64,000 nucleotides of DNA. Source: Hormiphora californensis. Its lineage: Eukaryota > Animalia > Ctenophora. Below, piece by piece: positions 42,911 to 55,425 of the stretch. The position numbers were made by a program, and so were the translations under genes. The notes under the pieces are model-generated. The model searched no databases. It was given only the letters and a program-made list of their open reading frames with translations, and was not told the DNA's origin. The stretch spans positions 7,750,001 through 7,814,000 of the forward strand of contig CM035360.1 in NCBI GenBank assembly GCA_020137815.1, in the 5' to 3' direction. How positions within the stretch are numbered: the stretch's first letter is position 1; each line of letters opens with the position of its first letter.

Positions 42911-43291
42911 TAGAGAGAGAGAAAGAGAGAGACTAGAGAGAGAGAGTGAGTGAGAGAGTGAGAGAGTGAGAGAGAGAGAATGCAAGAATACTAAAGATAT
43001 GAGAGTGTCATAATTGCATTGTGCCTGTTTATCACTACCCCAACTACTAACCAAGTCCTCTCTCTCGTGGTTCCTAATGACTGGAAAATATACGACACTT
43101 GCGTACCATCCTCTTGTACGCAGCGGATAAACCTATATCTCTCTATCCATCTGCTCATTCGCCATTACAGCTCTTAACATCACTCTCTCTCTCAGGCGAT
43201 ATCCCAGACACCTAGTGGAACCCCTGAGATAGATAAGCAGCAGGCTAGGAGAACTCCAACACCCTCTGTCAAGATAGAGGTGGAATCTTGA
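40500..43291 (+). CDS. Small spliced orphan gene (basic NLS-like motif, coiled coil, C-terminal VKIE); middle exon phases uncertain
   Basis: ATG 40500 after an acceptor-like cag. Exons SKRRRIEAERVVDVL; MEQNNRTEQIALLTALSQVV..ILKESQ|EQSLDLEHKRFRFQLEAEEKRLMMESEHYRKMETMFSGLIQ|AISQ...SVKIEVES*, with GT-AG junctions. Confidence 0.6.
40939..41486 (-). mobile_element. 5'-truncated RTE-clade LINE with 12-bp TSD
   Basis: TKIRIYEAAILTILLYGSETW...WFGHVSRM..RIPK...RSRGRPR.TW; CAAGTACAAGTA tail; TSD atctgaagcata at 40927-40938 and 41487-41498. Confidence 0.92.
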
Positions 43292-44279
43292 ACCTACCTG
43301 GATACAAGAGTGGTACTTGCCCAGAATGAACAATGTGAGGCAACCTGTGTGAAGTTGATGGTTGGAATGTCGCAGTAATTGGACTTTAATACATAATCTA
43401 CTGTCACCCTTGTCACCCTGTTTTTTATAAATTCAATGTGAATTATGCATGAAGCATAAATAGTTCAGAGGCACCTGTTAATGTCAAACCGTTTTCTGGT
43501 TTTACTCCCATTGTCACTTTTGCAAACCGAAATCACCGTGTTTAACTTTGCTTGAAGATCCCTTTCGCTTGCCATGCTACGCAGTCTGTCCATTCGGCGG
43601 CTTAACCGTCAGCTCGCTTACCCTAGCCCCTCGGGCTCACACCATGCATTCGGCCCCGGTGTGAGAGCTGACAGACGAGGAACATGTCAATGCATTCTTC
43701 CCCGGTGTGAGAGCTGACAGACGAGGAACATGTCATGTCAACCTTTGGAAGTTTGGCATGATCAGTACGTGTGAGAAGCTGGTAACTGCGCAAAAAAGGG
43801 CCAACTCGAGCAGTCGGCCCTTTTTTGCGCCGCGACCCCATCTGGGCGCACTGTCAAATGGGGTATGGTGCCATCTTGGGCCGCCCATTTCGAGAGGCCG
43901 CGAAGATCTAATCCATGAACACAGTGCATAAACCATGCCTCTGCGCGTCAACTGACACTATTACACTTTCATCACAACAAACTACGCGCGCCATCCAGCT
44001 CTCAAAACGAGATGTGTTTCAAAACAATTCCCAGGCTTGGAAGCCTTTTTATGTGCCCATCCTGGTCAGCTACTAACGGAAGACACTCGTCTTTTCTTTG
44101 AAGAATTTTAAAAACAATATCCACAAATGAACACCCTGTAACTTCCTGACACCAGATTATTAAACACAACACAATATAACATACAATGTCTTGGAAATGT
44201 CTCGGAAATGTCTCTCAGCACACAGGTGTCTGCAATATAATACTGTCCAAACCAGGTGAATTCCTTGAATTGCAGTAGT

Positions 44280-47200
44280 TCAAGTGGATATTTTATCGTC
44301 CACTGACAGGACATTAAACTTGGTGAGATGGGACGGGTTGACTCTTCTATTGCAGTTCTTCACTGGACATTTTGAGGTATAATTCACCATGAATATCACA
44401 CACCTGGAAGTGGCGGTCAGGGGTTAGTTAACTAGCGGTCAGGGGTTAGTTAACTAGCGGTCAGAGGTTAGTTAACTAGCGGTCAGGGGTTAGTTACCTA
44501 GCGGTCAGGGGTTAGTTAACTAGGGGTCAGAGGTTAGTTAACTAGCGGCCAGGGGTTAGTTAGCTAGCGGTCAGGGGTTAGTTAACTAGCCGTCAGGGGT
44601 TAGTTAACTAGCGGTCAGGGGTTAGTTAACTAGCGGTCAGAGGTTAGTTAACTAGCGGTCAGGGGTTAGTTAACTAGCGGTCAGGGGTTAGTTAACTAGC
44701 GGTCAGGGGTTAGTTAACTAGCGGTCAGGGGTTAGTTAACTAGCGGTCAGGGGTTATAGGTTAGCTTTAGTTAACTAGCGGTCAGGGGTTTGTTAACTAT
44801 CATGTAGCAGTAAGCAGGGCCGTTAGTATTGTGTGGCTGCCACCTTGTAGCAGGGCCGTTAGTGAACTAGAGTGTAGCTGGAAGGGCACCAAGATGTGTT
44901 TATAACAATGTTCTACTTTTATTGTTCCTCTTAAACACATTTCTTTGAATTATAGGAACTGCATTGTTTACAGCCCACACAATAACTTGCCTTGTGTGAC
45001 ATATGTGTCCACAGGGTAAGATGTTTAATCTCTCCGGTCTCTCCGATAGTAACGCACCACAGAAATCTAGGAAGAAAAGGTTGTGAAACTCACCATCCAA
45101 ATATACCACTTAATTACTCTTTAGACAAATTGATTCGTGTTCATTAATCCTTGGCGAATGCAAGTTCTGAGCCGTTGACCTCGTATAATGAAAAAGTCTT
45201 GGCATTGAGTGAGCTGCAATGTTGCAAGAACTGCATGACTACCAGACAAAGGGTCAGAGTGAGGGAGAGGGAGAAAGGGAGCGAGAGAGAAAGAAAGGGA
45301 GAGGGAAGGGTTGAGAGAGAGAGAGAGAGGGGCAGAGAGATGGATTGAAAGCTTCTTCTCCCCTGTGCAGCAAGATTAATTTGGTAATATGTAGAAAAGT
45401 TAATGAATAGGGCACGTAGCCTGATGAGAGAGCCTTGAGGCATGTCCCTTTTCTTGCATGTAATGAAGGGTGTGTTATAAGATGGCTGAGAGGGAGAGAG
45501 AGATTGAGAGATTGAGAGAGAGAGAGAAAGAGAGAGAGAGAGATCGCCTGCTCTCTCTCTCTATCGATAGCGCTAGCGCTCGATCTCGTCACTTGCTTAT
45601 CTCTCTGCGATAAGGACATAGATTGAGAGAATTGATAGAGAGAGACGGTGCTTAAGTTTGGGTTTCCGGTCCACCCCCCCCCGTTCTTGGGGTGTGTGTT
45701 CTTGCACACGTTGAGGTGAAGTTTTTTTACACGGTAACTTTCTGACCCCGGAAAAGGGGGTTTTTTTTTTTTTTTGGTTGAAATCCGGTAAACAATTCTC
45801 CCCCCCTCTCTCCTTTTTTTTTTTCTCCCCTCCTAATCCTTCTCTCTCTCTCCTCTCCCCTTTTCTTTCTCCAAACAAAAGGTGTTTCTGCCCCCTGACC
45901 TATTTTTTAAACACACCGGGGTTTACTGACAGCAGGTTTCCCCCAACCCACGCATTTAGCTTTTAAATGAACTGAAAATGCTGTGCGTGAGGTTGCAGCT
46001 GTTTTTTTAAAAAAATAAATTTTTTAGATTATAAACGAATCGAGAATAAAAAGGATAGAGATCGAGGAGAAAAGGAAAAGAGAAGAGAGAAAGGAGAGAA
46101 GCTAAAAGGGGGAAAAAATCCTTTCTTCGCCTTCTTTTTTTTCGCTCCTCTCTTTCTCTTCTCGCCCCTTTCTCTCTCTCTCCTCTCCCCTCCTTTTTCT
46201 CTCTCTCCTCTCTTCTCTCTCGCTCTCCTCCTCTCTCTCTCCTCTTTTTTTCGCCCTTTTTTTTTCCCCTCCGGGTTTCCGCTTTTTGCTTTTTTGGGGA
46301 GAAAGGGGTATTACCTTGGGGTTTTTTTCCTTTTTCTTTTCCCTCCCTTTGCTTTTTTTTCCTCCCCTTTCCCCCTTTCCTCATCTTTTTTTTTTACTAA
46401 TTCAAGGGTAAATTTTGGGGATATGCACTAATTTTGTACAAATCCAGTCCCAGGGTATTTCCAAACCCAAAATAGTTTTTTACAGGGATCAATGATGTCT
46501 ACCACTTCAAACTGCTTTGTTTTTTGGGGGGTAGAGGTGTGCTGTTACTCCTACCTTTTCCCGAAACCCCAGGGCGTTTTTCATGTGACCTACTAATGGT
46601 TCAGTTTCGCAGCAAGAAACATTACACGTTCAGCTAAAAACTAAACGGTGAATCATTGAATGTTGATTTACTAAATTATTATCACTTGGCCGGTTTTTTC
46701 TACAACCCTGCTTGGAAGACAGAAGTTTGATGAACCTTTAACCCCTGTTCTGATAAGATATCTGTCTTCCATGCAATAAAATCTTTTAATCGATTCTTCG
46801 ATTTTTACATTTTCTTAACTGCACTTGCAACATGACTAACCAGTCCGATCTAGCACAACCCAGATATCAAGTGTGCTGTACCAACTAGACCACCCTTTCT
46901 TTTAGCCCAAATAAAATGGGAAAAGCTGTGCTATCAAAACCACGTGATCCTAACTGTTTATATAGATCCGGGGGTAAACAAACAACGTAAAAGAATCTAT
47001 ATTCACTTTCACCTTTTCACTGTGTTTCATGGGTTACCGGCGGTTGTTTTTCCCAAAAGCGAAAGATAATTCCACCATAAGGTCAAAAGCTGCTAGGTTA
47101 ATCTGGTTCAAGATTTAACGGCTGCCACAACTTATGGTTAGCTTTCCGTTGGCGCCGAAAAGTCAAACACGTTGTAAAAAGGGTTCCCTTTTGCGGATAA

Positions 47201-49526
47201 TATACTTTAAACCCCCCTCCCCCAAAAAATGTCCATTTGAAACTCCCTGGACATGTCGACACTATCAATGCAGTGAAAAGGAGACAACATGTGAGCTGCA
47301 GTAGTGTCATGGTGTTTCAAATGTGAATAACTAATCTGAGATCAACTTTAAGCCTTTAAAAGTGATGTCAGATCACACCTGCTAGTTCCTAGAGTTAGAG
47401 GCCCCGGGTGTGATAATATAAACACGTATACCTACCCAATGACGTGGAGATATCCGGCAACTTGCCTACTTCTACAGTTCTTGTAACAGCGCTAGTAACC
47501 ATAGGACTGGTAAGTTTAGCCCCCGACTGCGGTTGATGAGGCTCAAAGACGATCAATACAAATACACAGGTTCCTTTGCGGTACCCCTGGTGGTCGAGGG
47601 CAACCTCACCACTTTAAATAGGGGGATAATACCGACGTTGACCTTTCGTGTAGGATCATACGGCAGGTGTAAATCTACATTTGGCCGCATATGCAGATAA
47701 GGGTTGAAACGACGGGAGGTACCGAACACCCACATTATACAGAATGGTTGAAAGATACGTGATAGTTAACCCCTAGAGGATAATTTATCCAACCAAGGCA
47801 ATGTTTTACAGCGCCGCTTGTAGTCGCATTACCGTAATGGAAGTACAGTAATGAGACGCACACTTTGCATAACGCATGTGTTCAGCACGTACTAGCGCCC
47901 TGAATCCTGATTGGCCACTGTTGCATGTCCTCTTACCGTATCTCCGTTTTCCATTACCGTTTTCCCACTACAAACGACCGGGTTAGGTTGCTAGTTTTGG
48001 TATCTGTTATGTACATGCACCGTGTCGGTAGGTTGCGGTAGGTTACAATTTGTACAGACACGCAACAGACACGTGCAATATTGTAGACAGTGTGACACAC
48101 TGAGTTTGTGTAGTAATAGTCATGTTACAGTATGTTTTCCTGCACATGTGCTATTATGCATGCACTATGGTGGTGTAAAGTGAGAGAGAGAGAGAGATAA
48201 ATAGAGAGAAAAAACTGTTTGTTTAGCGTTGTCCATGTAAATTGTAAGTCTGTACTCTCCGCACCGGACCTTTGGCCCGGTGCGGCTATGTGAGGTGGCG
48301 TTGCGGCCTCGTGTAGCAGCGTGCGCCATGTTACAGTCATGAGTCAGTGCCTGTAAATTTTAGCGAGTCAAATATAAGACATCACTTAGTGGTCTAGCCT
48401 ATCTAGAGACATTATACTGCACTAAGTGATCCTAGAAACTCAAAGTCAACTCCTCCATATTTCACACACACGGAACCACCCGTACACCTTTCTCACATCC
48501 AAAAAGTCTTACAAAAGTTGTGAATTAGTTGATATAATGATTCGTCCATATCATTATATTATATCAACTGATTGACCATGAGACCCATATCGAATGTGGC
48601 AAAAAATGAACTTTTTAATGATATTGTTGATGTAAAACTTACCACAGTTGGGAAAGATACTTTGGCGAAGTTTGCAGAATTTCCTAACTGGATATTTCTT
48701 TTCGTTGAGCCGTGATAGCCAAAAAGCACATTTTAGTTGCATTAGAGGACTGTCTGTCAGTTTTGCAGTCTGATAGAGTGACTTGAACATGTGACAGGCG
48801 TCTGCATCCCTCCCGTGACCCACCAACAACTGAGGGGTTGTCAAGATGTCAGAGAAGGAGGGGTTAGTTACTTATGTATTTATTAAAGAATAATATTTTC
48901 TGAATATATGTAAACTTCGAATCTCACAGATTTGTGAATCGTTACAGCGTCTAATTAAACTCCAGGGTATAAGAACATGTGAATCCATACAATATGTAAA
49001 AAGGTACGTGTCTAGACGCGGCACATATATTTCCACTGTCTGACTGTAAATACATCAGACCACACAACTATGCATCATCATACCTTAGCCCGTCTGAAGG
49101 CGAGTTTACAAAGTCCCTCCTTGCAGCTCATATCAGTAAATATCTTTTCGGCAACGTCCAGTTTGTCTTGTGTCACATGGACCTCTTCAGACTGAGGGTG
49201 ATAACAGGGTCAAGCAAGTGATACTGCAGGACGTGTGTTTCAAAGGGCAGCTGCATGCTCGATATATAGTTATTATTTGATCTGCAGTGAATTTACTACT
49301 GCTAAATAATGTTGTAGGGTGGTTGCAGTGGATTTGGTTCTGTGCAGGCTAATTACTGATTATGGTGTTATAAAATTGAAAATGGTTGTCAGTAAATTCA
49401 TCTACTATTGTCCACGTTGTTATTAAAAGATTATGCAGGTCGAATTGTAGTTGAAATTGGTAAAGAGTTGAAGAAACAATGGGAATCGTGGGAAATCATT
49501 GAATAGAGAGAGAGGGGAGAGATCAT

Positions 49527-49584
<58 letters not shown>

Positions 49585-52500
49585 AAAGAGAGAGACGAGA
49601 GAAAGAGAAGGGTAAAGAAATTTTTAAGGAGAAGAGGAACGAGCTGGGTTTTTGGGTAGAAAAAAGTTTCCCGATATAAGAAAGGGGAAACAAAGGATAG
49701 TGAGAGAGAGAGAAGGAACTGGGTAGTGGTGGGGAGGAAAAGAACGGGGGATCATGCCTTGTTTCCCCATCCTTTTAATCTGCCTCAGCAGCTTGGCATT
49801 AAGTTCATATTTTTACTTTCCCAAGGCATGGTTCTTTCTTATCCCTTTTTTTCTTCGTCCAAAGGGGGTTTTGGAGCATTGAACTGAAAAGAAGGGTTTA
49901 TCTGAGGAAAGCTTTGGTGGGTCTGGGAGAAAAAGAGATAAAGAGATAAAACAAAAGATCAAAAAAAAATAAAAAGTAGGAGGAATTTAAAGATGAGAGA
50001 AAAAGGTTTCGGGAGGGGGAGGAAAGGGGGGGTTCGGTAAAAAGAGGAGAGAGAGAGTGAGAAGGGAAAAGGGGGAAGAGAAAAAAGATACCAAAGAAAG
50101 GTGGGGAGAGATTGCCCTGAAAATCAGAATATTTTATGGCTCTCTCTCAATAGGAAAGGGGGCTTTTCAAAATCTTTCCTTTTCATACCTTTTCCTCCCT
50201 TTTTTAAAAAAGAGAAGAAGAAGAAAATAAGGGACTTGAAAAAAAAAAAACAAAAATTTAAAAGATTTGGAAAATTTTTTTTTCAAACTCAAATAAACAA
50301 TTTTTAGGGGAGAGGGGGGGGGGGGGTTAAAAAAGGGAAGAGAATTTTAGAGAAGAGTGAAGAGATCGACGTAGATTATTATCGGTAATAGGAGCATAGA
50401 CTAGAGAAGGAGAAAGAAAAGTTGTATTGCGACACACATCCCATTTACAGTCTGCACATTAGCAGCTAATGCTAATGCTGGAGTGTTATGAAAAAGTGAG
50501 CGAGAGAGAAAAGGAAGATGCAGTAGCTGTAGTCTATATAAAAGGTATAATAATCCCCTTTCCAGTTCTCTCTCCGTGCCGGCATATTTGGGAAGATTGG
50601 AGTAAAACTTGAAATCGAGTATGCCCGTTTTAGTCTGAGAGAGACAGCTTGTTGCTTGTGCGTGTAGGTGAGAGAGATGGAGAGAGAGATGATATCCCGT
50701 GGGAGAGAGAGAGGTCGTGCGGTACCGCCAACTATCCCTCGAGAGTACTTGCGGAGCAGAGAGCTATCTTTCTCTCTCGCCTCTCTCTCTTGCTTCTCTG
50801 CTTACTCGCTCTCGCCCCCTACTCGTCTTCCCCTCGAGAGACTCTCTCTAGATACTCTACGATAGAGAGAAGAGAGAGAGAATGATGTGGACAGTTCAGG
50901 GATGCTCAATCAATAGAAAGGGGCTGTAATGTGACAGAAGAAATGCGTAACCATGACGTGCAGTACCTATTTCTACAAAGTACAATTATTATTTTAAATA
51001 AGAGAACGAATGAAGATAATCATCAAGAAGGAGCTTGTAAAAAAAGGAAAAATCATAATATAATAAGATTTGGGATTGGATATTTTAAAATCAATCTACA
51101 ACTTGCGAACCATTTGTACTGGGTAGAGTGGGGGGGGGGGGTTTCATTAGTCATTACCATTTACCATTCTATTACCGTTCTATTACATACATACACGCCA
51201 CGTACTAAGGTGTTGTTGGAACCTGATTGTACCTGATCGGTAGACACCTCGAGAAGTGTGGAGGCGTGGGTGTTGTTGGAACCTGATTGTACCTGATCGG
51301 TAGACACCTCGAGAAGTGTGGAGGCGTGGGTGTAGTTGTCATTACACGCCACTGCTGCACTTAGAGACATCTGAAACATAATCAACTGATTAGATGAGCT
51401 GATCAGCAGTAAATCAAACTGGCAAGCTCCTTCGATACATCATTTCTATATCACCCTTTCAATTCGTCCCCACCCACATTGGTCCAAATATTTTGAGCGT
51501 GAAGAATTGGGTAACTGAAACTACAGAGAGACAGCTGACTAGATATAACCACGTCTGAAGAGGTTATAATCACCTTACTTTCTGTGATTCTAACGAATAG
51601 CAGAAATATAAAATATTTTGTTCTGTAAACATGCCTAAGTAACTGAGTGTCGTACAGTTAGCTACTGGTCCCCCACCCCCTGAAAAATCTGCAATTGCGT
51701 TTCTTTTCTCTATCACACTTTCCTGTTCTCTTTCAACATCTCTTTCACCATCTCTTTCTATCCTTGTCTCTGATTTCTCATAGAGGCCCTTTATAACTTG
51801 ATGAATGGAAATCAATATTGAAGATTGCCCTCGACTTTAGAGTTTAGAGTTCATTTTCTCTATCTCCATCCTTCTTATTTCTCTCTTTATAGTTTATTTT
51901 TCTGTCTCATAGTTCTCCAATAATTAAGCACACCTTTGCAAACCGAAGAGAAACAACACGGTGGTTTAACTTTCTGTAAGCGTAAGCGAGATTGTGGTAT
52001 GGTATGGCAAGGTGTTGTTGATTGATTGACGATTGATCTCCAGAGTCCTTAGCAGCATAGGTTTTAAGAATCTTGATCTGTTCTGTAAAACAATGGAGTG
52101 CTCCTTTATAATCACGAAGTGTCATGTACACCAGGCCAAGACCACCTGTGGAATTACAACTCGAGTTACCCACGTGTTTGCAAAATATATAAAACATGAT
52201 TGTAAAAGATTTTACAAAATAAGTTTTGGTACTATAACAACAATAGATATACTGTTCCCTGAATGGAAATTAAGCAGATCTTGTCACGTTACTAAATCCT
52301 ACCAAGGGAATTTTGAAACATCATCTGATCGTCTGTAGAAGAGGCTATGTCAAGGGCTTGGAGGAAATGGTCTGTTGCTTTTGTTAATCGTGTCTGGCCA
52401 AAATAAGCATTTCCCAAACTAATTTGACTGAAAACAAGAGTTTGTAATTGACAAGAAATACGTTTTACAAAATTCGAAACAATGGTGCGTGTTAGTGCTA

Positions 52501-52895
52501 AAATGCTAGCTTCTATGAAGTTCTTGATCTACCGAATCCTCACAGAGATGTGAGCCACACAAGGAAGTTCCTACTTACCAGTTCCCCGTTAGAGCTTGTG
52601 TCGGAGCTATTTTCAGGGCTTCTTTTGCATCTTTTATTGCTTCGTCAAAGGAACCCAATCGTTCATTAGCCCCACTTGATAAGATGAGAGCACAACAAAA
52701 CCAAGATGTCGGGAAACAGGTATATTTTGAGAGTTTTATCATTCGCCTGCAGTTTTGCAAGGCTTCAGTTAGGTTACCATTCGTCACATTCTTCCTGTAT
52801 TGCTGATAAACCTCGGCATATCTTGAATTTGGTTCAACTGGATAGAGATTGTTGCTTGAATAGTTCATGCTTTCCACAATACTTTTACTTTCCAT
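44280..52895 (-). CDS. RAPSN: Rapsyn-like TPR-repeat protein with C-terminal RING-H2; middle exons corrupted or uncertain
   Basis: TPR exons: NERLGSFDEAI..; QISLGNAYFG..KATDHFLQALDIASSTDDQM; LGLVYMTLRDYKGAL..YHNLAYAYRKL; FTDMSCKEGLCKLAFRRAK|LLV..PLMQLK. RING exons 45066-44991 and 44403-44280 (FCG..PERLNILPCGHICHTR|C...CPVKNC) are joined by a GC-AG intron. The order parallels recalled vertebrate rapsyn. Linking all exons into one gene is inferred. Confidence 0.62.
44411..44795 (-). repeat. 22-bp minisatellite containing the ACTAAC branch point, next to an acceptor
   Basis: Minus-strand unit tagttaactaacccctgaccgc, about 16 copies, ending ccgccacttccag|G at 44404. Confidence 0.95.
51210..51332. 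repeat. 60-bp tandem duplication spanning an exon end and donor
   Basis: The segment acctgatcggtagacacctcgagaagtgtggaggcgtgggtgt occurs twice; on the minus strand it reads CAG|GTACAA twice. Confidence 0.85.
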
Positions 52896-53023
52896 CTTCT
52901 GTGAGATTTGTTACAAATACTTTAAAAGCGGTTCGGGACAACAAGTGAAAAATCATGTTAAGATTTTGAACTGGAGAGCATATAAGCTAGAAAAGTTATA
53001 GCATGAATAGACCCAATTGAAAT

Positions 53024-53625
53024 GCGGGATAAGCCAGCGCTTTTCAAGTCTTAAAAAAGTAAAAAATTTAAAGTGAAAGAAAAATTTGGCAAACGTTGCT
53101 GGCTATATAGTGGGAGACACTAGCGTGGTACGTGCAAAAAAATACGCCGCCACACCAATTTCGTTTTTAAAAAACACGCAAGAAAAAGTTTTTCAAGATC
53201 TACTTTTCACATTTTGGCTCATAACTTCTGTTACTAATAATCTTCAGATAGGATCCCTAAAAAAGTTCAGTACAGTATTTATACATGCGCGGTCATTTGG
53301 GGGTGACAACTTCAAAAAATCCGACTTTACACAGTCTTTACACTGCACAGTCGATAAAATTCTAAAAATTAATTTACGGGTCAAGTCGCTTGAAACGGAA
53401 AAAAGAGCGCCCGCGCCGCTCTGCGTCTTTCGCACTCGATTTGCAGCGTTTTCGGAAACTTTTTTCGCCGCAGCGCTCAATTGTGCAGCACACAATCAAA
53501 TATTTTCTTAGAAAAAGCCGCAAAACGCAGCAAGCGCTGCTCTGGGTTTTTAACAACTGTGTAAAAAAGGACTGTGTTTTTTATAGTCGAATTTTTTAGG
53601 CTTGAAAAGCGCTGCCTTATCCCGC
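53024..53625. mobile_element. TIR element containing TAGGGATCCCT-family sequence
   Basis: gcgggataagccagcgcttttcaag / cttgaaaagcgctgccttatcccgc; internal part homologous to the 22485 and 25298 MITEs. Confidence 0.75.
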
Positions 53626-53657
53626 TATCGGGGGCCAGCAACGTTTGCCAATTTTTA

Positions 53658-53889
53658 GGCCAGCGTTAAAATCTGGGTGTTTTGGGAGTGCTGACAAACG
53701 GTTTTTAGGGTTAGGGCTAAAGTAGGGTTAGGGTTAGGGTCGGGGTTTGGGTTGGGGTTAGGCCTTGACATTCCCTACCAGACAAACTTTGAATCAGTCA
53801 AAACGGTTAGAGCCATTTTAGTGAATCAATTTTTTTGGCAGCGTGCACCTGTAAACAGGCCTCCAAACACCCAGATCGTAACGGCGCCC
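53658..53889. mobile_element. Copy of the TTAGGG-containing ...ACGGCGCC family
   Basis: Colinear with 28483-28732; ttagggttaggg tract at 53705-53762. Confidence 0.75.
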
Positions 53890-53891
53890 AA

Positions 53892-54118
53892 TTTTTTAAT
53901 CAAGGGACAGGGGGGGGGGGTCTTTTTGACGTTATCTCAAACGCGCATATCTCCGGTTCCTGGTAAGATTAAGACTTGAAATTTGGAGGTTATAAAGAAC
54001 TTGGCATGATTTTCCCAACCTCTAAGTTTCAAGTCTCTATCTCATCACTCATCAGGAACTGGAGATATGCGTGTTTGAAATAACGTCGAAAAGACCCCCC
54101 TGTCCCTTGATTAAAAAA
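53892..54118. mobile_element. Foldback MITE
   Basis: ttttttaatcaagggacagggggg..gtcttt..gacgttat / ataacgtc..aaagacccccctgtcccttgattaaaaaa. Confidence 0.8.
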
Positions 54119-54777
54119 TCCGACTTTATTTAAAAAGCGACATGCGGGCTCTTGTGGTATTTCCCACGGTAGCGTGGGAATTTTTTACGCAGAAAGTTAG
54201 TGTGTGTTACTTATTTGTGCATTTGAGGAAAGTGGGTCAAAATTGACGCTAAACATGACCAATTCTTTAAAAATCCGGCTGCAAGCTCATACGCTTGGTG
54301 ACGCAGTCACAGTGACTGAGTCACTCCTCCTCTACCAGCCAGGGTGGCAAACGAAGCCCACACGAATTACACATAAGAGGGGATTGTATCACCAACATGG
54401 TCGCAGACCGTCATGGCCTTGTGAGTTTGGGAAAATACCGGCCGATAAATCACAGTGCCAATTGAGGCGATAATTGGGGTTTGAGTAGTGCTAAGTCGGC
54501 TAAAAATGCCTGCTGAAACGGCCTGTCAGCGAAAATTGAGGTCTCACTGCTGGCGTGCACGTGAGTTGCTGCCCACAACGGATCAGGTACCTATTACTCG
54601 CGAAGCGAGAATAGGCAGCAATGGTACCAAGTTTTGCCCAGGTGGTATACAAAAATATTATTAACAAGATAGACAACGATATAATGGTACTAAATAAAAT
54701 AAAATATAAATGGTACTAAACAAAATAAAAATATTATTATTAGCTTGATATTAACAGGGGTGTAGGGGGGGGGGGGG

Positions 54778-55352
54778 GGTGGGCGGACTCTAGTGCTAAC
54801 GGACTCTTTATCTAAATCCAAGGCGGACTCTATATCTAAAAACGGACTCTTTATCTACAGTTAGATTTTGAAAAAAGTTTAGATAAAGAGTCCTCCCTGT
54901 GTAGACTTTTTAGATAAAGAGTCCGCCCTGTGTAGAATTTTTAGATATAGAGTCCTCTAGTACATTTTGGCGCCAAATCCTCCAACCCGGACTCTATGTC
55001 TAAAATCCTAACCCAACCCAAAACCTAACCCTAACACTAACCCTAACCTCGAACCCAAATAACGGCCCTAACACTTCTAAATTAGTATAGGGGTAGAGCA
55101 AACTCTCGTTTCCGGCCTAACGGCCGAAATCTCGAGTTCGCGGCGAAAGGCGGACTCTATATCTAATTTAGATTTATGTAGATATAGAGTCCACTTTGTT
55201 TAGACTTTTTAGATAAAGAGTCCGCACTGTGTAGACTTTTTAGATAAAGAGTCCTCCTAGATTTTAGACTTATTTGGACTCTTTATCTAAATCTAAATTT
55301 AGATATAGAGTCCATTGTAGACTTAGAGTGTAGCACTAGAGTCCGCACACCG
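54778..55352. mobile_element. Inverted second copy of the 16866-17447 MITE
   Basis: Near-exact reverse complement; gtagggggg on both flanks. Confidence 0.9.
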
Positions 55353-55425
55353 TAGGGGGGCGAGGATATTAATACTTTTACTTATGAGTATAGATGACGT
55401 TGTATAGCTAACACAGTTAACGGTA

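Noticed and set aside
45600-50400. Homopolymer-rich purine/pyrimidine blocks and Lys/Arg-rich ORFs
   Set aside because: The pattern fits low-coverage, unpolished long-read consensus over (AG)n tracts; it also obscures the middle exons of the rapsyn-like gene.
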